The notes: a model not told the origin generated them from the letters alone. A stretch of 64,000 nucleotides of DNA from Candidatus Poribacteria bacterium (GCA_963664215.1 OY761015.1), one strand, 5' to 3'; numbered from the stretch's first letter, positions 1-12,384 are shown. Numbers and translations are program-made.

Positions 1-67
1 CTCGATCTTGCCCACTGAGGACTAAGACTGTATCGTTCTTTTTGATGTGTAATTTTTGCCGTGTCAC
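1..67 (-). CDS. rplX: 50S ribosomal protein L24, N-terminal part (runs off window)
   Basis: Manual translation from GTG at 67: MTRQKLHIKKNDTVLVLSGQDR; directly downstream of rplN. Confidence 0.9.
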   Translation of the reverse strand, partial: MTRQKLHIKKNDTVLVLSGQDR

Positions 68-77
68 AATTCGCCTC

Positions 78-446
78 CTAAATGACCTCGGGCGCGAGCG
101 AGACAATTCGGGTGAACGCCTTTTCTCTGAGTTCACGGGCAACGGGACCAAAAATTCGAGTGCCACGCGGTTGATTCTGCGGATCAATGAGAACCGCCGC
201 GTTCTGGTCGAATTTAATATAGGAACCGTCTGCGCGTCGATATTCTTTCGTCGTGCGTACGACAACTGCCCGAACGACTTCACCGGCTTTTACCTGCGTA
301 TTGGGGACCGCTTCCTTGATGCTTGCTACAATCACGTCGCCTACGCGTGCGTAGCGTCGACGGGTTCCACCAAGCACACTAATGCACATTAACTTCCTTG
401 CGCCGGTATTATCAGCACAGGTTAATCGAGTATATGATTGAACCAT
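78..446 (-). CDS. rplN: 50S ribosomal protein L14
   Basis: [17 protein letters not shown]...[13 protein letters not shown]...SLAPEV; start moved to ATG at 446. Confidence 0.97.
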   Translation of the reverse strand: MVQSYTRLTCADNTGARKLMCISVLGGTRRRYARVGDVIVASIKEAVPNTQVKAGEVVRAVVVRTTKEYRRADGSYIKFDQNAAVLIDPQNQPRGTRIFGPVARELREKAFTRIVSLAPEVI

Positions 447-603
447 TTTTGTATCCTCCTCTACCGTCTTCAAAACGGAAACTTGTTTCGAAACGTCAGA
501 GTGGAGATGAAACCCTTTCTTCTCAAGTGCCGGACGAACCACGTTGCGGCGTCTCTCACCCTATACAAGGGTTACAAGCCACGCCCGTTGTTGGTGGCAC
601 TTC

Positions 604-879
604 TTAATCGTTTGCGGTCTGTACTGCGTTTACGATCGCTTGGACCCGCCACCGTTTATGACGACTCAGCGGGCGGGTTTCGACAACCTGCACCACGTCA
701 CCGACGTTACAATTGTTCTGTTCATCGTGAACCAGAATCTTTTTCGTTTTCCGGACGACCTTTTTGTAAAGGGGGTGTTGAAACCGTCGAACAATCGACA
801 CTGTGACAGTTTTATCCATACTGTTACTGGTAACAAGACCTGTCCGAAATTTGCGATGTCTGCGTCTTTCCTCGCTCAA
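604..879 (-). CDS. rpsQ: 30S ribosomal protein S17
   Basis: GLVTSNSMDKTVTV...HPLYKK...ETRPLSRHKRW. Confidence 0.97.
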   Translation of the reverse strand: MSEERRRHRKFRTGLVTSNSMDKTVTVSIVRRFQHPLYKKVVRKTKKILVHDEQNNCNVGDVVQVVETRPLSRHKRWRVQAIVNAVQTAND

Positions 880-992
880 CTTTATCCTCCAAGCCAGTCA
901 AAACTTATTTAAGTGCGTTTTTTGAGCACACGGCATAAATTTAAGGAAACGGAATCGGGGTGTAGCATGTAGCCTTTTCCGATAATTCCCGT

Positions 993-1181
993 CTACTCTG
1001 TACGGAGCCGTAGGACGGTTTTCACGCGGGCAATGTCCTTCCGAATCTTACCGATATGTGTTGTGTCCTCTTGTTGTCCTAAAATGCTGCGGAATTTCTG
1101 GTTAAACAGATTCTCTTTCAGAGTTTGCAGTTCAACTTCCAATTCTTCGGTCGTTTTTCCGCGTAGTTCATCTGCTTTCAT
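993..1181 (-). CDS. rpmC: 50S ribosomal protein L29
   Basis: MKADELR...RKDIARVKTVL; operon position. Confidence 0.95.
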   Translation of the reverse strand: MKADELRGKTTEELEVELQTLKENLFNQKFRSILGQQEDTTHIGKIRKDIARVKTVLRLRTE

Positions 1182-1208
1182 TTTTCCGAACCTCCATGCG
1201 TTTTGGAA

Positions 1209-1622
1209 TTACGGATTCCGCGCAACGAACTTAGTCTTGATTGGCAATTTGTGGGCGGCTCGATCCATCGCCCCTTTTGCATCTTCAAGCGAAACGCCGC
1301 TTAATTCATAGAGAACTCTGCCGGGTTTAACAACAGCGACCCAATGTTCAGGGGGTCCCTTCTTGCCCTTACCCATACGCGTTTCGGCAGGTTGTTTACT
1401 GAGTGGCTTGTGTGGAAAAATTTTGATCCAAAGTTTTCCACCCCGGCGTACATATCGCGTGATAGCGACACGTGCCGATTCAATCTGATTGCTGGTAATC
1501 CATCCAGCTTCCATGGCTTGTAAGCCGTATTCACCGAAGTTAATCTGTGAACCTCGGAGCGGCTTTCCACGGCGTTTTCCACGATGCACGTAGCGGCGCA
1601 TCACGCGTTTCGGCATTAACAC
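1209..1622 (-). CDS. rplP: 50S ribosomal protein L16
   Basis: MLMPKR...[13 protein letters not shown]...ETRMGKGK...KLPIKTKFV. Confidence 0.97.
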   Translation of the reverse strand: MLMPKRVMRRYVHRGKRRGKPLRGSQINFGEYGLQAMEAGWITSNQIESARVAITRYVRRGGKLWIKIFPHKPLSKQPAETRMGKGKKGPPEHWVAVVKPGRVLYELSGVSLEDAKGAMDRAAHKLPIKTKFVARNP

Positions 1623-1666
1623 CTTAAATGCCTCCTTAAAAATATGCCCTCAGTTCTGTGGGGCGG

Positions 1667-2482
1667 TTATGAATCGCGTCTGGAATTGCCTTCGCTTCGA
1701 CGCTGACGGCGGCGACCTCTGCCTCTACCCTGTTCCCCGGATTGTCGAGAGCCGGAACGTCTGTCCCCACGACGGCGTTCAGGACGTTGGGAACCTGTGT
1801 CTTCACGTCGTCCGGATTGACGACGGACTGGCGGCTCACCCTTCAAATTATCCGGGACACCGATAATTTCGCCTTTGAAGATCCAGGTCTTGACCCCAAT
1901 TTTACCGTATGTTGTATTGGCTTCCGTAAATCCGTAGTCAACATTCGCTCTGAGAGTGTGAAGAGGGACGCGTCCCTCAATACTGGATTCGGCACGAGCG
2001 ATTTCCTTGCCGTCCAGTCTACCGCTCACCATGATTTTCACACCCAATGCCCCTGCTTGTATGGAGCCAGAGATTTTCCGCCGCATCGCTTGTTTAAAAC
2101 CGGCACGCCGCTCTATTTGTGTCGCGACATCTTCTGATACAAGTTGGGCATCGAGTTCTGGTTCTCTAATTTCCGAGACATTAATCCGTACGGGGCAACC
2201 GACCTCTTTTTCGAGCATTGCTTGTAGTTTCTCAGCTTCTGCACCGCGACGACCGATCACAATACCTGGACGTGCTGTATGGATGTTTATGCTGCAACGG
2301 TCTGCGACACGTTCCACTTCAACACGCGAAATACCAGCGCGCGCAAGTTGCTCTTTGACAAACTTCTGAATTTTAAAATCTTCATGGAGCCATTTGGCAT
2401 AATCCCGCTCGCTGTACCACTTTGAATCCCACGTTTCAATGATTCCTAAGCGTAATCCACGGGGGTGAGTTTTTTGTCCCAC
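1667..2482 (-). CDS. rpsC: 30S ribosomal protein S3 with Arg/Gly-rich C-terminal tail
   Basis: MGQKTHPRGLRLG...ARPGIVIGRRG...GRVPLHTLRA. Confidence 0.97.
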   Translation of the reverse strand: MGQKTHPRGLRLGIIETWDSKWYSERDYAKWLHEDFKIQKFVKEQLARAGISRVEVERVADRCSINIHTARPGIVIGRRGAEAEKLQAMLEKEVGCPVRINVSEIREPELDAQLVSEDVATQIERRAGFKQAMRRKISGSIQAGALGVKIMVSGRLDGKEIARAESSIEGRVPLHTLRANVDYGFTEANTTYGKIGVKTWIFKGEIIGVPDNLKGEPPVRRQSGRREDTGSQRPERRRGDRRSGSRQSGEQGRGRGRRRQRRSEGNSRRDS

Positions 2483-2561
2483 GTAAACCTCCTATCGAAC
2501 TCTGCCCCGTTCGCGACGTGGCGTACAAGCAGTGCTGGTGGTGTTGTGTAAGGGCACGGTG

Positions 2562-2915
2562 TTACTCACCATTATCACTACTCTCCTCATCAACGACGAC
2601 GATGATATGACTGCTCCGTTTTAGGATTCTATTTGCCATACCTCGTGCCCGGGGACGTATCCATTTTCGCGTAATTCCTTCATCAACCCGAATCTCTTTA
2701 ACATATAAGTTGGTGATATCGATGTTCGGATCTTGATATTGCGCGTTCGCTGCTGCCGACTGAATTAATTTGTAAATTATAGGGGACGCGGCTTTATGCG
2801 TAAAACGCAGCTGACTTAACGCATCCTCAACGTATTGATTACGGACGAGATCGGCGACTAAACGGGCTTTCCGCGGCGCAACCGACGCGTTCCTAATCTT
2901 AGATCTGGCTTCCAT
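2562..2915 (-). CDS. rplV: 50S ribosomal protein L22
   Basis: PRKARLVADLVR...RPRARG...KRSSHI. Confidence 0.97.
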   Translation of the reverse strand: MEARSKIRNASVAPRKARLVADLVRNQYVEDALSQLRFTHKAASPIIYKLIQSAAANAQYQDPNIDITNLYVKEIRVDEGITRKWIRPRARGMANRILKRSSHIIVVVDEESSDNGE

Positions 2916-3041
2916 CAGTGTCTCCTAATAAAAGCAATTTTCTGGTTTCATTGTGATTCGCGACAAGGCATCTAAAGATATCGTTTCCTAAACAGATGGC
3001 GTTTTAGAGAGCCTCGGTATACGATGAAAGCTATCACAAAA

Positions 3042-3320
3042 TTATCTTCTCGCTGCACCCGCACCACTGGAGTGGGAACGGAAGGTGCGCGTTGGTGAAA
3101 ATTCTCCGAGTTTGTGTCCTACCATGTTCTCGGTTATATACACTGGAAAGAATTTTTTCCCGTTATATATTGCCAAAGTGTGTCCGACCAACTCGGGGGT
3201 AATCATTGAACGGCGGGACCAGGTCCGCACCACCCGTTTACTGCCGGAACGCTCCATAGCGGTTATCTTCTTAGCAAGTTTCTGATCTATGTAAGGTCCC
3301 TTTTTGAGAGAACGCGCCAT
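3042..3320 (-). CDS. rpsS: 30S ribosomal protein S19
   Basis: [10 protein letters not shown]...TWSRRS...[13 protein letters not shown]. Confidence 0.98.
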   Translation of the reverse strand: MARSLKKGPYIDQKLAKKITAMERSGSKRVVRTWSRRSMITPELVGHTLAIYNGKKFFPVYITENMVGHKLGEFSPTRTFRSHSSGAGAARR

Positions 3321-3427
3321 TGTGTTTCTCCTTTTTTCAGCAAAACCACCGAAGCGGAAGGCGACTCGATATCAGGAACTTTCACAGGTTTCACAACGAG
3401 ACTTATCCGCAAGGTAAAATTAAAAAA

Positions 3428-4243
3428 TTATTTCCGTTTTCCAACAATGTAGCGGTTTGATTTCTTCTTCGGATTTCGGGTCTTATACCCTTTGGTTGGA
3501 ACACCCCAAGGTGTGACTGGATGCCTACCACCGGAACTCTTGCCTTCGCCACCACCATGCGGGTGATCGATCGGATTCATAGCCACGCCTCTAACTTTCG
3601 GGCGTTTTCCGAGCCATCTCGAACGTCCGGCTTTACCGATAACAATCTGGCTCGTATTACCAACTTGTCCGAGGGTTGCCATTGCTTGGACAGGGACGAG
3701 ACGTATCTCACCTGAAGGGAGTCGGACACGTGCGTACTTTCCTTCTCTGTCAACCAACTGCGCCGCAGCGCCAGCACTCCGTACGAGTTGTCCGCCTTTA
3801 CCCGGACGCATCTCTATATTGTGGATGGACGACCCGAGTGGGATTTTCTCAAGCGGTAAGGCGTTCCCTGCGCGGATTTCTGCATCTTCGCCTGATTTTA
3901 ACATATCACCGACCTGAACACCGACAGGGGCGAGAATATAGCGTTTTTCGCCATCAACATAGTGTAACAGGGCAATATGCGCCGACCGATTCGGATCGTA
4001 TTCAATGGCGGCAACTTTGGCAGGGACACCAAACTTGTTTCGTTTGAAGTCGATGACCCGATATCTGCGCTTATGTCCCCCACCGCGGCGTCTCACAGTC
4101 AAGCGACCACTGGCATTCCGACCCGCTTTCTGTTTCGCGCCTTTGACCAGAGATTTCTCCGGTTTGCTCCGCGTAATCTCTTCAAAGGTATATCCAGTCA
4201 TGAACCGACGACTTGGCGTTATGGGTGAATAAGTTTTAGGCAC
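3428..4243 (-). CDS. rplB: 50S ribosomal protein L2
   Basis: [10 protein letters not shown]...EYDPNRSA...[17 protein letters not shown]. Confidence 0.98.
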   Translation of the reverse strand: MPKTYSPITPSRRFMTGYTFEEITRSKPEKSLVKGAKQKAGRNASGRLTVRRRGGGHKRRYRVIDFKRNKFGVPAKVAAIEYDPNRSAHIALLHYVDGEKRYILAPVGVQVGDMLKSGEDAEIRAGNALPLEKIPLGSSIHNIEMRPGKGGQLVRSAGAAAQLVDREGKYARVRLPSGEIRLVPVQAMATLGQVGNTSQIVIGKAGRSRWLGKRPKVRGVAMNPIDHPHGGGEGKSSGGRHPVTPWGVPTKGYKTRNPKKKSNRYIVGKRK

Positions 4244-4321
4244 TCTAATTTCCTTTTTTTACCAATCAGCCACCAGCAGTCAGATTGCTGACAGCTGACA
4301 GCCGACACCTGACGGCTATTC

Positions 4322-4621
4322 CTATATGGTTTCAAACGCTTGGATCGTCGCGCCTTCTCTCAGGGTAATGATCGCTTTCTTCCAATGTGGCTTTCTGCCG
4401 CGTTGATAACGCAACATTTTACCCTTGGGCTTACCGCGAACGTGCATCGTGCGAATTTTAAGAATATCCCCTTGAATGTCAAACAATTCTTCCGCGGCTT
4501 GACGAATCTGGGGTTTCGTTGCCTTGCGATCCACAACGAACGCGTACTTATTAGATTCACGGAGGATTGTGGTCTTCTCCGTTATCAGCGGTTGTAATAT
4601 GACCTGATATGCATCTTTCAT
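4322..4621 (-). CDS. rplW: 50S ribosomal protein L23
   Basis: PLITEK...WKKAIITL. Confidence 0.96.
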   Translation of the reverse strand: MKDAYQVILQPLITEKTTILRESNKYAFVVDRKATKPQIRQAAEELFDIQGDILKIRTMHVRGKPKGKMLRYQRGRKPHWKKAIITLREGATIQAFETI

Positions 4622-4626
4622 CAGTT

Positions 4627-5274
4627 TTATCCTTCTGTCTCTGAACTGATGGTGATAAATTTGGATTCCAACTTCTCAGCGGCATTCTCGGTGATTATCA
4701 GCGTGTCATGCCACATAACCTGATAAATGTTGAGTTTATCCCATGTGCAGCTGTTAACTTGTGGAATATTCCGGACGGAGAGGTGAATATTTGTGCTGTG
4801 TTCATTGAGAACAAACAGGACTTTTCCTGACGCATTCACCGCCTCTAACATATTAACTATATCTTTGGTGCGGGGTTTTTCAAGCGTGAAATCTTCAATG
4901 AGAATACACTGCTGGTTCTGAAATCTGTCTGCCAGTGCGCTGTGAAGTCCAAGTTGGCGGACCCGTTTCGGCGTAGCCTGCCGATAACTCCGCGGTTTCG
5001 GCCCGAACGCTACACCACCGTGTACTCGAATTGGGGATTTGGCGTGTCCGACACGCGCTCTACCCGTTCCTTTTTGGCGGTAAAGTTTTCTCCCACTCCC
5101 TTTCACTTCACTCCGAGTTTTTGTCGATGCAGTGCCTTGCCTCTGGTTCGCAAGGTAAGCAACGACGCACTGGTGAATGACAGCGCCATTCACTTCAGCA
5201 TCGGTGAATGCATCGGCTAATTCCTTTTCTCGGAGAACAGCCCCGGATATGTTGTGTACGTCTAAAGTTGACAT
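4627..5274 (-). CDS. rplD: 50S ribosomal protein L4
   Basis: [13 protein letters not shown]...RQKGTGRAR...[10 protein letters not shown]. Confidence 0.97.
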   Translation of the reverse strand: MSTLDVHNISGAVLREKELADAFTDAEVNGAVIHQCVVAYLANQRQGTASTKTRSEVKGSGRKLYRQKGTGRARVGHAKSPIRVHGGVAFGPKPRSYRQATPKRVRQLGLHSALADRFQNQQCILIEDFTLEKPRTKDIVNMLEAVNASGKVLFVLNEHSTNIHLSVRNIPQVNSCTWDKLNIYQVMWHDTLIITENAAEKLESKFITISSETEG

Positions 5275-5312
5275 ATTTTCCTCTTGACGATCTACTTGGT
5301 AAAGAAGTCTAC

Positions 5313-5954
5313 CTATGCACTCAGTGCTTTAGATGCCTTTCTAATCAGCAACAAACCGTTGGGCGGTCCGGGAACAGCACCTTTAACCACCAATAAGTTG
5401 CGCTCAGGATCGGCTTGGATCACGGGTAAGTTTTGGATAGTATGCCGTTTGGCACCGTGACGTCCCGCCATCCGTTTTCCTTTAAAGACCCGGGAAGGTG
5501 TCGCGCTCGCACCGATGGAGCCAGGACGACGCAAATCTTGCTCGCCGCCGTGGGTTTTCTTACCACCAGCAAACCTATAACGTTTCACCACACCGGTAAA
5601 ACCGCGTCCTTTTGAGGTGCCCGTCACATCAACGAGTTCGCCCTCCGAAAAGACACTCGCATCGACAATACTTCCTACGGACACGTCTTCGAGACTCTGA
5701 ACCCGAAATTCCCGAAGCACAAGAGTCGAGTCAACGCCAGCTTTGGCGAAATGCCCCCGTTTCGGATTATTCGTACGGCTCTCTTTCTGCTCTCCGAAAC
5801 CCAATTGAACTGCCTGATATCCATCTTTTTCTTGCGTTTTAAGTTGGACAATCGGGCATGGACCTGCTTGGATGACGGTAACAGGAACCGCTTTACCTGA
5901 ATCCTCAAAGACTTGTGTCATGCCGACTTTGCGGCCGATAATTCCATTAACCAT
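5313..5954 (-). CDS. rplC: 50S ribosomal protein L3
   Basis: [10 protein letters not shown]...SKGRGFTG...RPGSIG...KGAVPG. Confidence 0.97.
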   Translation of the reverse strand: MVNGIIGRKVGMTQVFEDSGKAVPVTVIQAGPCPIVQLKTQEKDGYQAVQLGFGEQKESRTNNPKRGHFAKAGVDSTLVLREFRVQSLEDVSVGSIVDASVFSEGELVDVTGTSKGRGFTGVVKRYRFAGGKKTHGGEQDLRRPGSIGASATPSRVFKGKRMAGRHGAKRHTIQNLPVIQADPERNLLVVKGAVPGPPNGLLLIRKASKALSA

Positions 5955-6065
5955 TTTCTTTCGCTCTCCTCCTTTAGGGTTTGAAAACCTACCGGCGGTT
6001 CACATTCTCTGATGTCTGCGCTGTAATTTCCAAACTTCCGGAGTGGAGAACAATCATTTCTCCGA

Positions 6066-6377
6066 CTACAATAACGTTATTTTGACATCGACACCCGCAG
6101 GCAGGTCCAAACGCATCAGGGCATCAACGGTTTTAGGGGTCGTCTCTAAGATATCCAGCAGACGTTTATGAATCCGCATCTCAAATTGTTCACGCGACTT
6201 CTTGTCTTTAAACGTAGAACGTTGAACGGTATAGATATGCTTTTTCGTCGGCAATGGAATCGGACCGGAGACAGCTGCCCCTGTGCGTTTCGCAGTATCT
6301 GCTATCTGCTTTGACGACAGGTCTAACAACCGATAGTCAAATGCCTTGAGCCGGATGCGAATTTTTTGATTGTCCAT
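6066..6377 (-). CDS. rpsJ: 30S ribosomal protein S10
   Basis: IRIRLKAFD...GPIPLPT...[12 protein letters not shown]. Confidence 0.98.
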   Translation of the reverse strand: MDNQKIRIRLKAFDYRLLDLSSKQIADTAKRTGAAVSGPIPLPTKKHIYTVQRSTFKDKKSREQFEMRIHKRLLDILETTPKTVDALMRLDLPAGVDVKITLL

Positions 6378-6460
6378 CTTTTCGTATCGCCTTCATCAAA
6401 CAGAGGGTTTTGCTATTACATCTGGATGCGGATGTATGAAATTCTCTGTGTTGATTACTT

Positions 6461-6488
6461 AAAAAGGCGGAGCAGATGCCCCGCCTTA
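6461..6488 (-). terminator. Putative intrinsic terminator/attenuator after tuf
   Basis: AAGGCGG...CCGCCTT stem followed by a T-tract on the minus strand. Confidence 0.55.
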
Positions 6489-6493
6489 TCGTT

Positions 6494-7693
6494 TTATTCA
6501 ATGATTTTGGAGACAACACCGGCACCGATGGTCTGTCCACCTTCCCGGATCGCGAATCGGAGTTGTTCTTCCATCGCGATCGGTTTGGTGAGTTCTACGG
6601 TGATCTGTGCATTGTCGCCAGGCATAATCATTTCGATGCCTTCAGGAAGATCCATCTGTCCGGTTACGTCAGTTGTCCTGAAATAGAACTGCGGTCTGTA
6701 TCCCGTAAAGAATGGATTCCAACGTCCGCCTTCTTCTTTTGTGAGAATATAGGCTTCGGCTTCAAATTTCGTATGTGGCGTAACAGTTCCGGGAACTGCC
6801 AAAACTTGTCCACGTTCAACTGCATCGCGGTCGATACCACGCAGCAGGGCACCGAGATTATCGCCAGCTTGACCTTCGTTGAGGTTTTTACGGAACATCT
6901 CAACACCTGTGATAACAGTGTCTTGTGTGTCGCGCAATCCGACGATTTCAACAGTGTTTCCGATTTCAATGGTACCACGTTCCACACGTCCCGTAACAAC
7001 AGTACCACGCCCACTAATGGTGAAGATGTCTTCAATCGGCATCAGGAAGGGTCTGTCGGTATCGCGAATCGGTTCTGGAATGTAGTCATCAACAGCCTCC
7101 ATGAGTTCAAGTATCGGCTGGCACGCTTCGTGGGACGGATCGCCAGCAGATTCCATTGCTTCAAGAGCAGAACCTGTGATGATAGGAATATCATCGCCGG
7201 GGAATTCGTAATCGTTTAGCAATTCGCGGACTTCTAACTCGACGAGTTCAAGCAACTCTTCGTCATCGACCATGTCTGCTTTATTGAGAAATACGACGAG
7301 AGATGGCACGTTCACCTGCCGTGCAAGTAGCACGTGCTCACGCGTCTGAGGCATAGGACCGTCAGCGGCGGATACGACGAGAATCGCCCCGTCCATCTGT
7401 GCCGCACCGGTAATCATGTTCTTGATATAGTCGGCGTGTCCAGGGCAATCGACGTGTGCGTAATGCCGGTTCTCGGTCTCATACTCAACGTGGGCAGTAT
7501 TAATCGTAATGCCACGCTCTTTTTCTTCAGGTGCCTTGTCGATTTCGTCATACTCCATGACGTAATCTGCGTCAGCGAGTTTCGAGAGCACCATAGTAAT
7601 CGCAGCTGTCAGTGTCGTCTTACCGTGGTCAACGTGGCCAATTGTTCCAACATTGACGTGCGGTTTAGTCCGTTCAAACGTTTCTTTAGCCAT
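6494..7693 (-). CDS. tuf: Elongation factor Tu
   Basis: [21 protein letters not shown] motifs. Confidence 0.99.
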   Translation of the reverse strand: MAKETFERTKPHVNVGTIGHVDHGKTTLTAAITMVLSKLADADYVMEYDEIDKAPEEKERGITINTAHVEYETENRHYAHVDCPGHADYIKNMITGAAQMDGAILVVSAADGPMPQTREHVLLARQVNVPSLVVFLNKADMVDDEELLELVELEVRELLNDYEFPGDDIPIITGSALEAMESAGDPSHEACQPILELMEAVDDYIPEPIRDTDRPFLMPIEDIFTISGRGTVVTGRVERGTIEIGNTVEIVGLRDTQDTVITGVEMFRKNLNEGQAGDNLGALLRGIDRDAVERGQVLAVPGTVTPHTKFEAEAYILTKEEGGRWNPFFTGYRPQFYFRTTDVTGQMDLPEGIEMIMPGDNAQITVELTKPIAMEEQLRFAIREGGQTIGAGVVSKIIE

Positions 7694-7837
7694 TTTTGTC
7701 CGAGCTCCACTAAAAGTTTATTGTTATATGGGTTATCAGTTCGCCTGCTATGCAACCCGCACTGAAAACTATTAAAATCCTGTGTCCGCTTATGGGAAGT
7801 GAGAACACTCCCACAGTTCAGACACCTTAACACCTAC

Positions 7838-9958
7838 TTAACGATTCGCTGATGAAATTAAATCTTCCATCACGCTTGTTGGCACTTCGTTATAGTGTGC
7901 AAACTCCATAGAGTAGTTGGCTCTACCCTGTGTGAGTGACCTAAGGGTTTTGACGTACCCAAACATTTCTGAAAGAGGAACATCAACACGAATAACTTGG
8001 ATACGAGATTTCGCTTGCATTTCCGTTTCACGTATCTGCGCACGCCGCGAATTCAGGTCGCCTATGACTTTGCCGAGGTATTCGTCGGGAACAATAACCT
8101 CAACGTCCATAATCGGTTCGAGGAGTGTCGGGGTGGCACGCTTCATCGCGTCTTTAAACGCCATCGAACCCGCCACAGAAAACGCCATTTCTGATGAATC
8201 CACGGCGTGATGCGAACCGTCTACCAGTCTGACTAAGACATCAACAACCGGATAGCCAGCCAAAATGCCCGTATTCGTTGCGTTCTCAATACCTTTCCGG
8301 ACTGCGGGGATGTATTCTTGGGGAATAACGCCACCTTTGGTTTCGTCAATGAATTCGAAGCCTGTCCCTTTCTCAACGGGTTCGACCTCGATCACAACGT
8401 GCCCAAATTGACCTCTACCACCAGATTGACGTACGAAACGTCCCACAGACCTAACTTCTTTCGTGAGCGTTTCCCGATAAGCGACTTGTGGGTTACCGAC
8501 ATTCGCTGAGACGTTAAACTCACGCACGAGTCTATCAACGATGATTTCAAGATGAAGTTCACCCATACCAGACAATAATGTCTGTCCTGTCTCACTGTCT
8601 TGATGGACCTTAAAGGTCGGATCTTCCTCAGCGAGTTTGGAAAGGGCGAGGTTCAGTTTATCAATATCAGATTGTGTGCGGGGCTCAATAGCGATAGCCA
8701 TTACCGGCAACGGAAACACCATCGTTTCTAATGTGATATGCGCCTTCGGATCGCAGAGCGTATCACCCGTCGAGAGGTCTTTTAGACCAATGACAGCAGC
8801 GATGTCGCCCGCGTAAATGGCTTGGTGTTCTTCCCGTTTATTGGCATGCATCTGCATTAACCGCCCGATCCGTTCGTGCTTTCCTGTTTTACTGTTGTAG
8901 ACGGTATCACCTTTCTTCAGGACCCCGGAATACACACGTAAGTAGGTAAGTTTGCCAACGTGCGGATCTGTCGTAATTTTAAACGCCAGGGCACAGAATG
9001 GCTCATTATTATTTGGGAGACGTGTTTCCTCTTCTTCGGTCTTCGGATTAAATCCTGCTACAGGTGGCACGTCAGTCGGTGCTGGTAGATAAGAGACAGT
9101 AGCGTCTAAGAGAGGTTGGACGCCTTTATTTTTTAGAGCGGTTCCACACAGAACAGGGACAACATTACCCGTAACGACAGCATTTCGTATCCCTGCTTTA
9201 ATCTCTTCAGGTGAAATTTCGATACCCTCAAGGTATTTAAACATGAGGTCTTCGTCGTAATCGGCGATAACCTCCAACATCCGCTCGCGATATTCGTTTG
9301 CCATTTCCTCCATTTCGCGGGGGATGTCTGTTTCTTGGATGACAGTGCCGTCGTTACCGGCATCTGTTCCTATGTTCCAAATTTGACCCTTCATGGAGAT
9401 GAGGTCTACGATACCTGTAAATTGTTCTGCTGAACCGATTGGAAGTTGCACCGGGATGGCTGTGGCACCGAGGCGTTCTTCCATCATTTCAACGGTACGG
9501 AAGAAATCGGCACCCGTTCGATCCATTTTGTTGACAAACGCGATGCGAGGTATGTCGTACTTATCTGCTTGTCTCCAAACGGTTTCGGATTGAGGTTCAA
9601 CCCCGCCGACTGCGCAAAAAACTGCGACCGCACCGTCGAGGACGCGAAGAGAGCGTTCAACTTCGACAGTAAAGTCAATATGCCCCGGTGTGTCAATGAT
9701 ATTGATTTGGTGTTTTTTCCATTGACAGGTTGTCGCAGCGGCAGTAATCGTAATGCCGCGTTCCTGTTCTTGCACCATCCAATCCATAGCAGTGGTGCCA
9801 TCGTCGACGTCTCCGATCCGATAGACTTTACCGGTATAATACAGAATGCGTTCGGTGACAGTCGTCTTCCCAGCATCAATGTGCGCCATGATGCCGATAT
9901 TTCGCATGTGGGGTAGTTCTAAACGTTGTGGGTTAGTATTATTTTTTTTATCCGCCAC
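7838..9958 (-). CDS. fusA: Elongation factor G
   Basis: [25 protein letters not shown]. Confidence 0.99.
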   Translation of the reverse strand: MADKKNNTNPQRLELPHMRNIGIMAHIDAGKTTVTERILYYTGKVYRIGDVDDGTTAMDWMVQEQERGITITAAATTCQWKKHQINIIDTPGHIDFTVEVERSLRVLDGAVAVFCAVGGVEPQSETVWRQADKYDIPRIAFVNKMDRTGADFFRTVEMMEERLGATAIPVQLPIGSAEQFTGIVDLISMKGQIWNIGTDAGNDGTVIQETDIPREMEEMANEYRERMLEVIADYDEDLMFKYLEGIEISPEEIKAGIRNAVVTGNVVPVLCGTALKNKGVQPLLDATVSYLPAPTDVPPVAGFNPKTEEEETRLPNNNEPFCALAFKITTDPHVGKLTYLRVYSGVLKKGDTVYNSKTGKHERIGRLMQMHANKREEHQAIYAGDIAAVIGLKDLSTGDTLCDPKAHITLETMVFPLPVMAIAIEPRTQSDIDKLNLALSKLAEEDPTFKVHQDSETGQTLLSGMGELHLEIIVDRLVREFNVSANVGNPQVAYRETLTKEVRSVGRFVRQSGGRGQFGHVVIEVEPVEKGTGFEFIDETKGGVIPQEYIPAVRKGIENATNTGILAGYPVVDVLVRLVDGSHHAVDSSEMAFSVAGSMAFKDAMKRATPTLLEPIMDVEVIVPDEYLGKVIGDLNSRRAQIRETEMQAKSRIQVIRVDVPLSEMFGYVKTLRSLTQGRANYSMEFAHYNEVPTSVMEDLISSANR

Positions 9959-10015
9959 GGTTGAACAACTCCTTATGTGTATTAATGCTTTGGCTATAAG
10001 CCGTGACGCATTTTT

Positions 10016-10486
10016 TTACCATCGATAATGTGCGAAAGCTCGGTTCGCTTCTGCCATTCGATGCTGATCCATTTTCCTACGGATTGCGCCGCCTTCGTTC
10101 CGGGATGCTTCGAGTATTTCGCCTGCAAGGCGTTCTGACATCCGTCTCTCACCGCGCTCACGTGCGGACTGAATAATCCAACTAAAAGCCAATCTCTGTT
10201 TCCGTTCTGCTTTTACATCAACCGGGACTTGATACGTCTGGCTACCTACACGCCGGGGTCTAATCTCCAATACCGGCTTGACATTGTTGATGGCTTGGCG
10301 GAACACCGCGAAACCGTCTTCACTCGCCCGGGATTCGATAATCTCAAAACTGTCATACAGGATCGATTGCGCCGTGCTTTTCTTGCCGTCCAACATGAGA
10401 CTGTTGATGAATTTTGACACCAACTTGCTGTTATACTTCGCGTCGGGGTTCACATCCCGTTTGCTGATGTTTCCACGTCTCGGCAT
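10016..10486 (-). CDS. rpsG: 30S ribosomal protein S7
   Basis: MPRRG...DGKKS...HRMAEANRAFAHYRW. Confidence 0.98.
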   Translation of the reverse strand: MPRRGNISKRDVNPDAKYNSKLVSKFINSLMLDGKKSTAQSILYDSFEIIESRASEDGFAVFRQAINNVKPVLEIRPRRVGSQTYQVPVDVKAERKQRLAFSWIIQSARERGERRMSERLAGEILEASRNEGGAIRRKMDQHRMAEANRAFAHYRW

Positions 10487-10504
10487 CTACTCTTCCTCCG
10501 TTGT

Positions 10505-10876
10505 TTAATCCGGTTTCCGGGCGCCGTACTTTGAACGACCTTGACGACGGTTATCGACACCTGCTGTATCTAACTTGCCACGGACGATGTGATAACGCAC
10601 ATTAGAGAGGTCTTTCACTCTCCCACCGCGAACTAAAACGACTGAGTGTTCTTGTAAATTGTGATCGATCCCCGGGATGTAGCAGGTGGCTTCGTAGCCA
10701 GAGGTGAACCTGACTCGAGCGACTTTACGTAGTGCCGAATTCGGTTTGTTTGGCGTTACGGTTTTCACCTGTAAACAGATACCGCGCCGCTGAGGGCATT
10801 GCTCCAGGACCGGAGATTTCGTTTTTTTCCGGGACCTTTTACGCGGTTTTTTGATTAATTGGTTAATAGTCGGCAT
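10505..10876 (-). CDS. rpsL: 30S ribosomal protein S12
   Basis: MPTINQL...KPNSALRK...HNLQEHS...RGGRVKDL; start moved to ATG at 10876. Confidence 0.98.
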   Translation of the reverse strand: MPTINQLIKKPRKRSRKKTKSPVLEQCPQRRGICLQVKTVTPNKPNSALRKVARVRFTSGYEATCYIPGIDHNLQEHSVVLVRGGRVKDLSNVRYHIVRGKLDTAGVDNRRQGRSKYGARKPD

Positions 10877-11048
10877 TTCAGACCTCCGCAATGACGTATC
10901 TACGCGTCTCTCAGAAAAATAAAAAAGCCCCGCGCGGGGCATCATAACTTCAACAAATTAACGTGGAATTTAGGTACGACGTTAGAATGTTTCCATGAAT
11001 TGCCCCTCGCTTCTAAAAAAGATTGATTAGGGTTAACAAAACTCTAAT

Positions 11049-11077
11049 ATTATACATAATATTTTAAGCAATGTCAA
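11049..11077 (-). promoter_or_regulatory. Consensus sigma70 promoter of the str operon
   Basis: Minus strand TTGACA-17 nt-TATAAT upstream of rpsL. Confidence 0.85.
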
Positions 11078-11124
11078 ATTTTTTTTTGAAAAAAAGCAAA
11101 AAAGTAGGAAATTCGTAGAATTTC

Positions 11125-12384
11125 CTACTTTTTTAGCAATTTCCCGCCTAAAATAACCGTTTGAACGCTCAAATTTTCGTCAATAATAACGAGGTCTGCT
11201 GTTTTACCGGTTGCAATTGAACCCACCGAATCTGCAACGCCTAAATTTCGTGCCGGCGTTAAGGTTGCCATTGTTAAGGCATCTTCCAGAGAGTATCCCC
11301 AATTGATAACGTTACGGACACCGTCCATAAGTGTAATTATTGCACCCGCGAGGCGTTCAGTAGGCTTTCCTACATCCAACCACACCGCGCCATCTCGGAC
11401 ATATTTCTCGGTACTGTTGGCTTCAAAGGCTGTGTCGTGTTCAGAAATCGCGTCTTCGTTGAGGCGATAGGCATCAAGTTCGGGCACATAGGTTGCCGAG
11501 GCTTGCCAGTCTTCCATAGGGACACCAGCGAGTTCTGTACAGTCTGTAATTAACCCGACGGCGTGAATGCCTTTTTGTTTGATGAGGTTATTTCCCCAGA
11601 AAGGATGGACATGATGTTCATCGACGATAAGTTCGGCGTGGATGTCTGGATGGGAGATGACCGCTTCAAGCGCACCAAGTGTTCGGTGGTGCATCCCGCT
11701 CATACCGTTGTAAGTATGAGTGGCACGTGTTATCCCCGCATCAATCGCCGCCAGTGCTTGTGGGTATGTCGCGTTTGTGTGTCCCATCGCGATAACGATG
11801 TTATTATAGGCATCTGTTCTGAAGGTTGCGAGATGCTTGATAAACCGCAGATTTTCATCGTTTTCTGGCGCGACGGAGATGACCTTTAAAGTGCCGTCGG
11901 AAGCCGCCCACATTGCATGGAATTCTTCAAAGTTCGGGGGTGTAATGTACCTCGCGTTCTGGGCACCGTTTTTGGCGAGACTCCCAAATTTTCCTTCCAC
12001 GTACGACCCTAAAATCCGAGAACCGTCTGCTACAGGTTCATCAACGACGTGAGCAATAGCCGTTAATGCACTGTTGATTTGCGCCATGCTCCCTGAGGAG
12101 ATGCCTAACACCAATGAGGTAACACCGCTACGCGCATGTGCTCGGGCGATTGTCGCAACGTCTTCGACTTCACCTGTCATGGTATCATAGCCACCACCAC
12201 CGTGCACCAAGCCGTCAATCAGTCCAGGAATGACGAGGCATCCAGAGGCATCAATAGTCTCTCCTGAGGGTTGCAGTGCCTCTGATGTTATGGTTGAAAT
12301 TTTGTCGTTTTGAATGACGATACTCCCGGGTCCATAGTGCGCCGGGGTATAGATGTCGCCATTCACAATCGTAAGTGTTTCCAT
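11125..12384 (-). CDS. nagA: N-acetylglucosamine-6-phosphate deacetylase-like amidohydrolase
   Basis: PGLIDGLVHGGGG, VAPE, GHTNA, THTYNGM, PARNLG, GKTADLV. Confidence 0.8.
   Translation of the reverse strand: METLTIVNGDIYTPAHYGPGSIVIQNDKISTITSEALQPSGETIDASGCLVIPGLIDGLVHGGGGYDTMTGEVEDVATIARAHARSGVTSLVLGISSGSMAQINSALTAIAHVVDEPVADGSRILGSYVEGKFGSLAKNGAQNARYITPPNFEEFHAMWAASDGTLKVISVAPENDENLRFIKHLATFRTDAYNNIVIAMGHTNATYPQALAAIDAGITRATHTYNGMSGMHHRTLGALEAVISHPDIHAELIVDEHHVHPFWGNNLIKQKGIHAVGLITDCTELAGVPMEDWQASATYVPELDAYRLNEDAISEHDTAFEANSTEKYVRDGAVWLDVGKPTERLAGAIITLMDGVRNVINWGYSLEDALTMATLTPARNLGVADSVGSIATGKTADLVIIDENLSVQTVILGGKLLKK

Noticed and set aside
4262-4318. Degenerate 7-mer repeats (GCTGACA-like) between rplW and rplB
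   Set aside because: Short low-complexity intergenic repeat with no supportable function
1209-7693. Small oddities in core proteins (extra Lys in L16 KGKKG, short segment in L2 [11 protein letters not shown]-Tu GGRWNP)
   Set aside because: Cannot be told apart from lineage variation or sequencing error without reads or orthologs
42-10508. Many plus-strand ORFs over the ribosomal operon, and antisense ORFs over LRR genes
   Set aside because: Shadow frames of well-supported genes on the opposite strand
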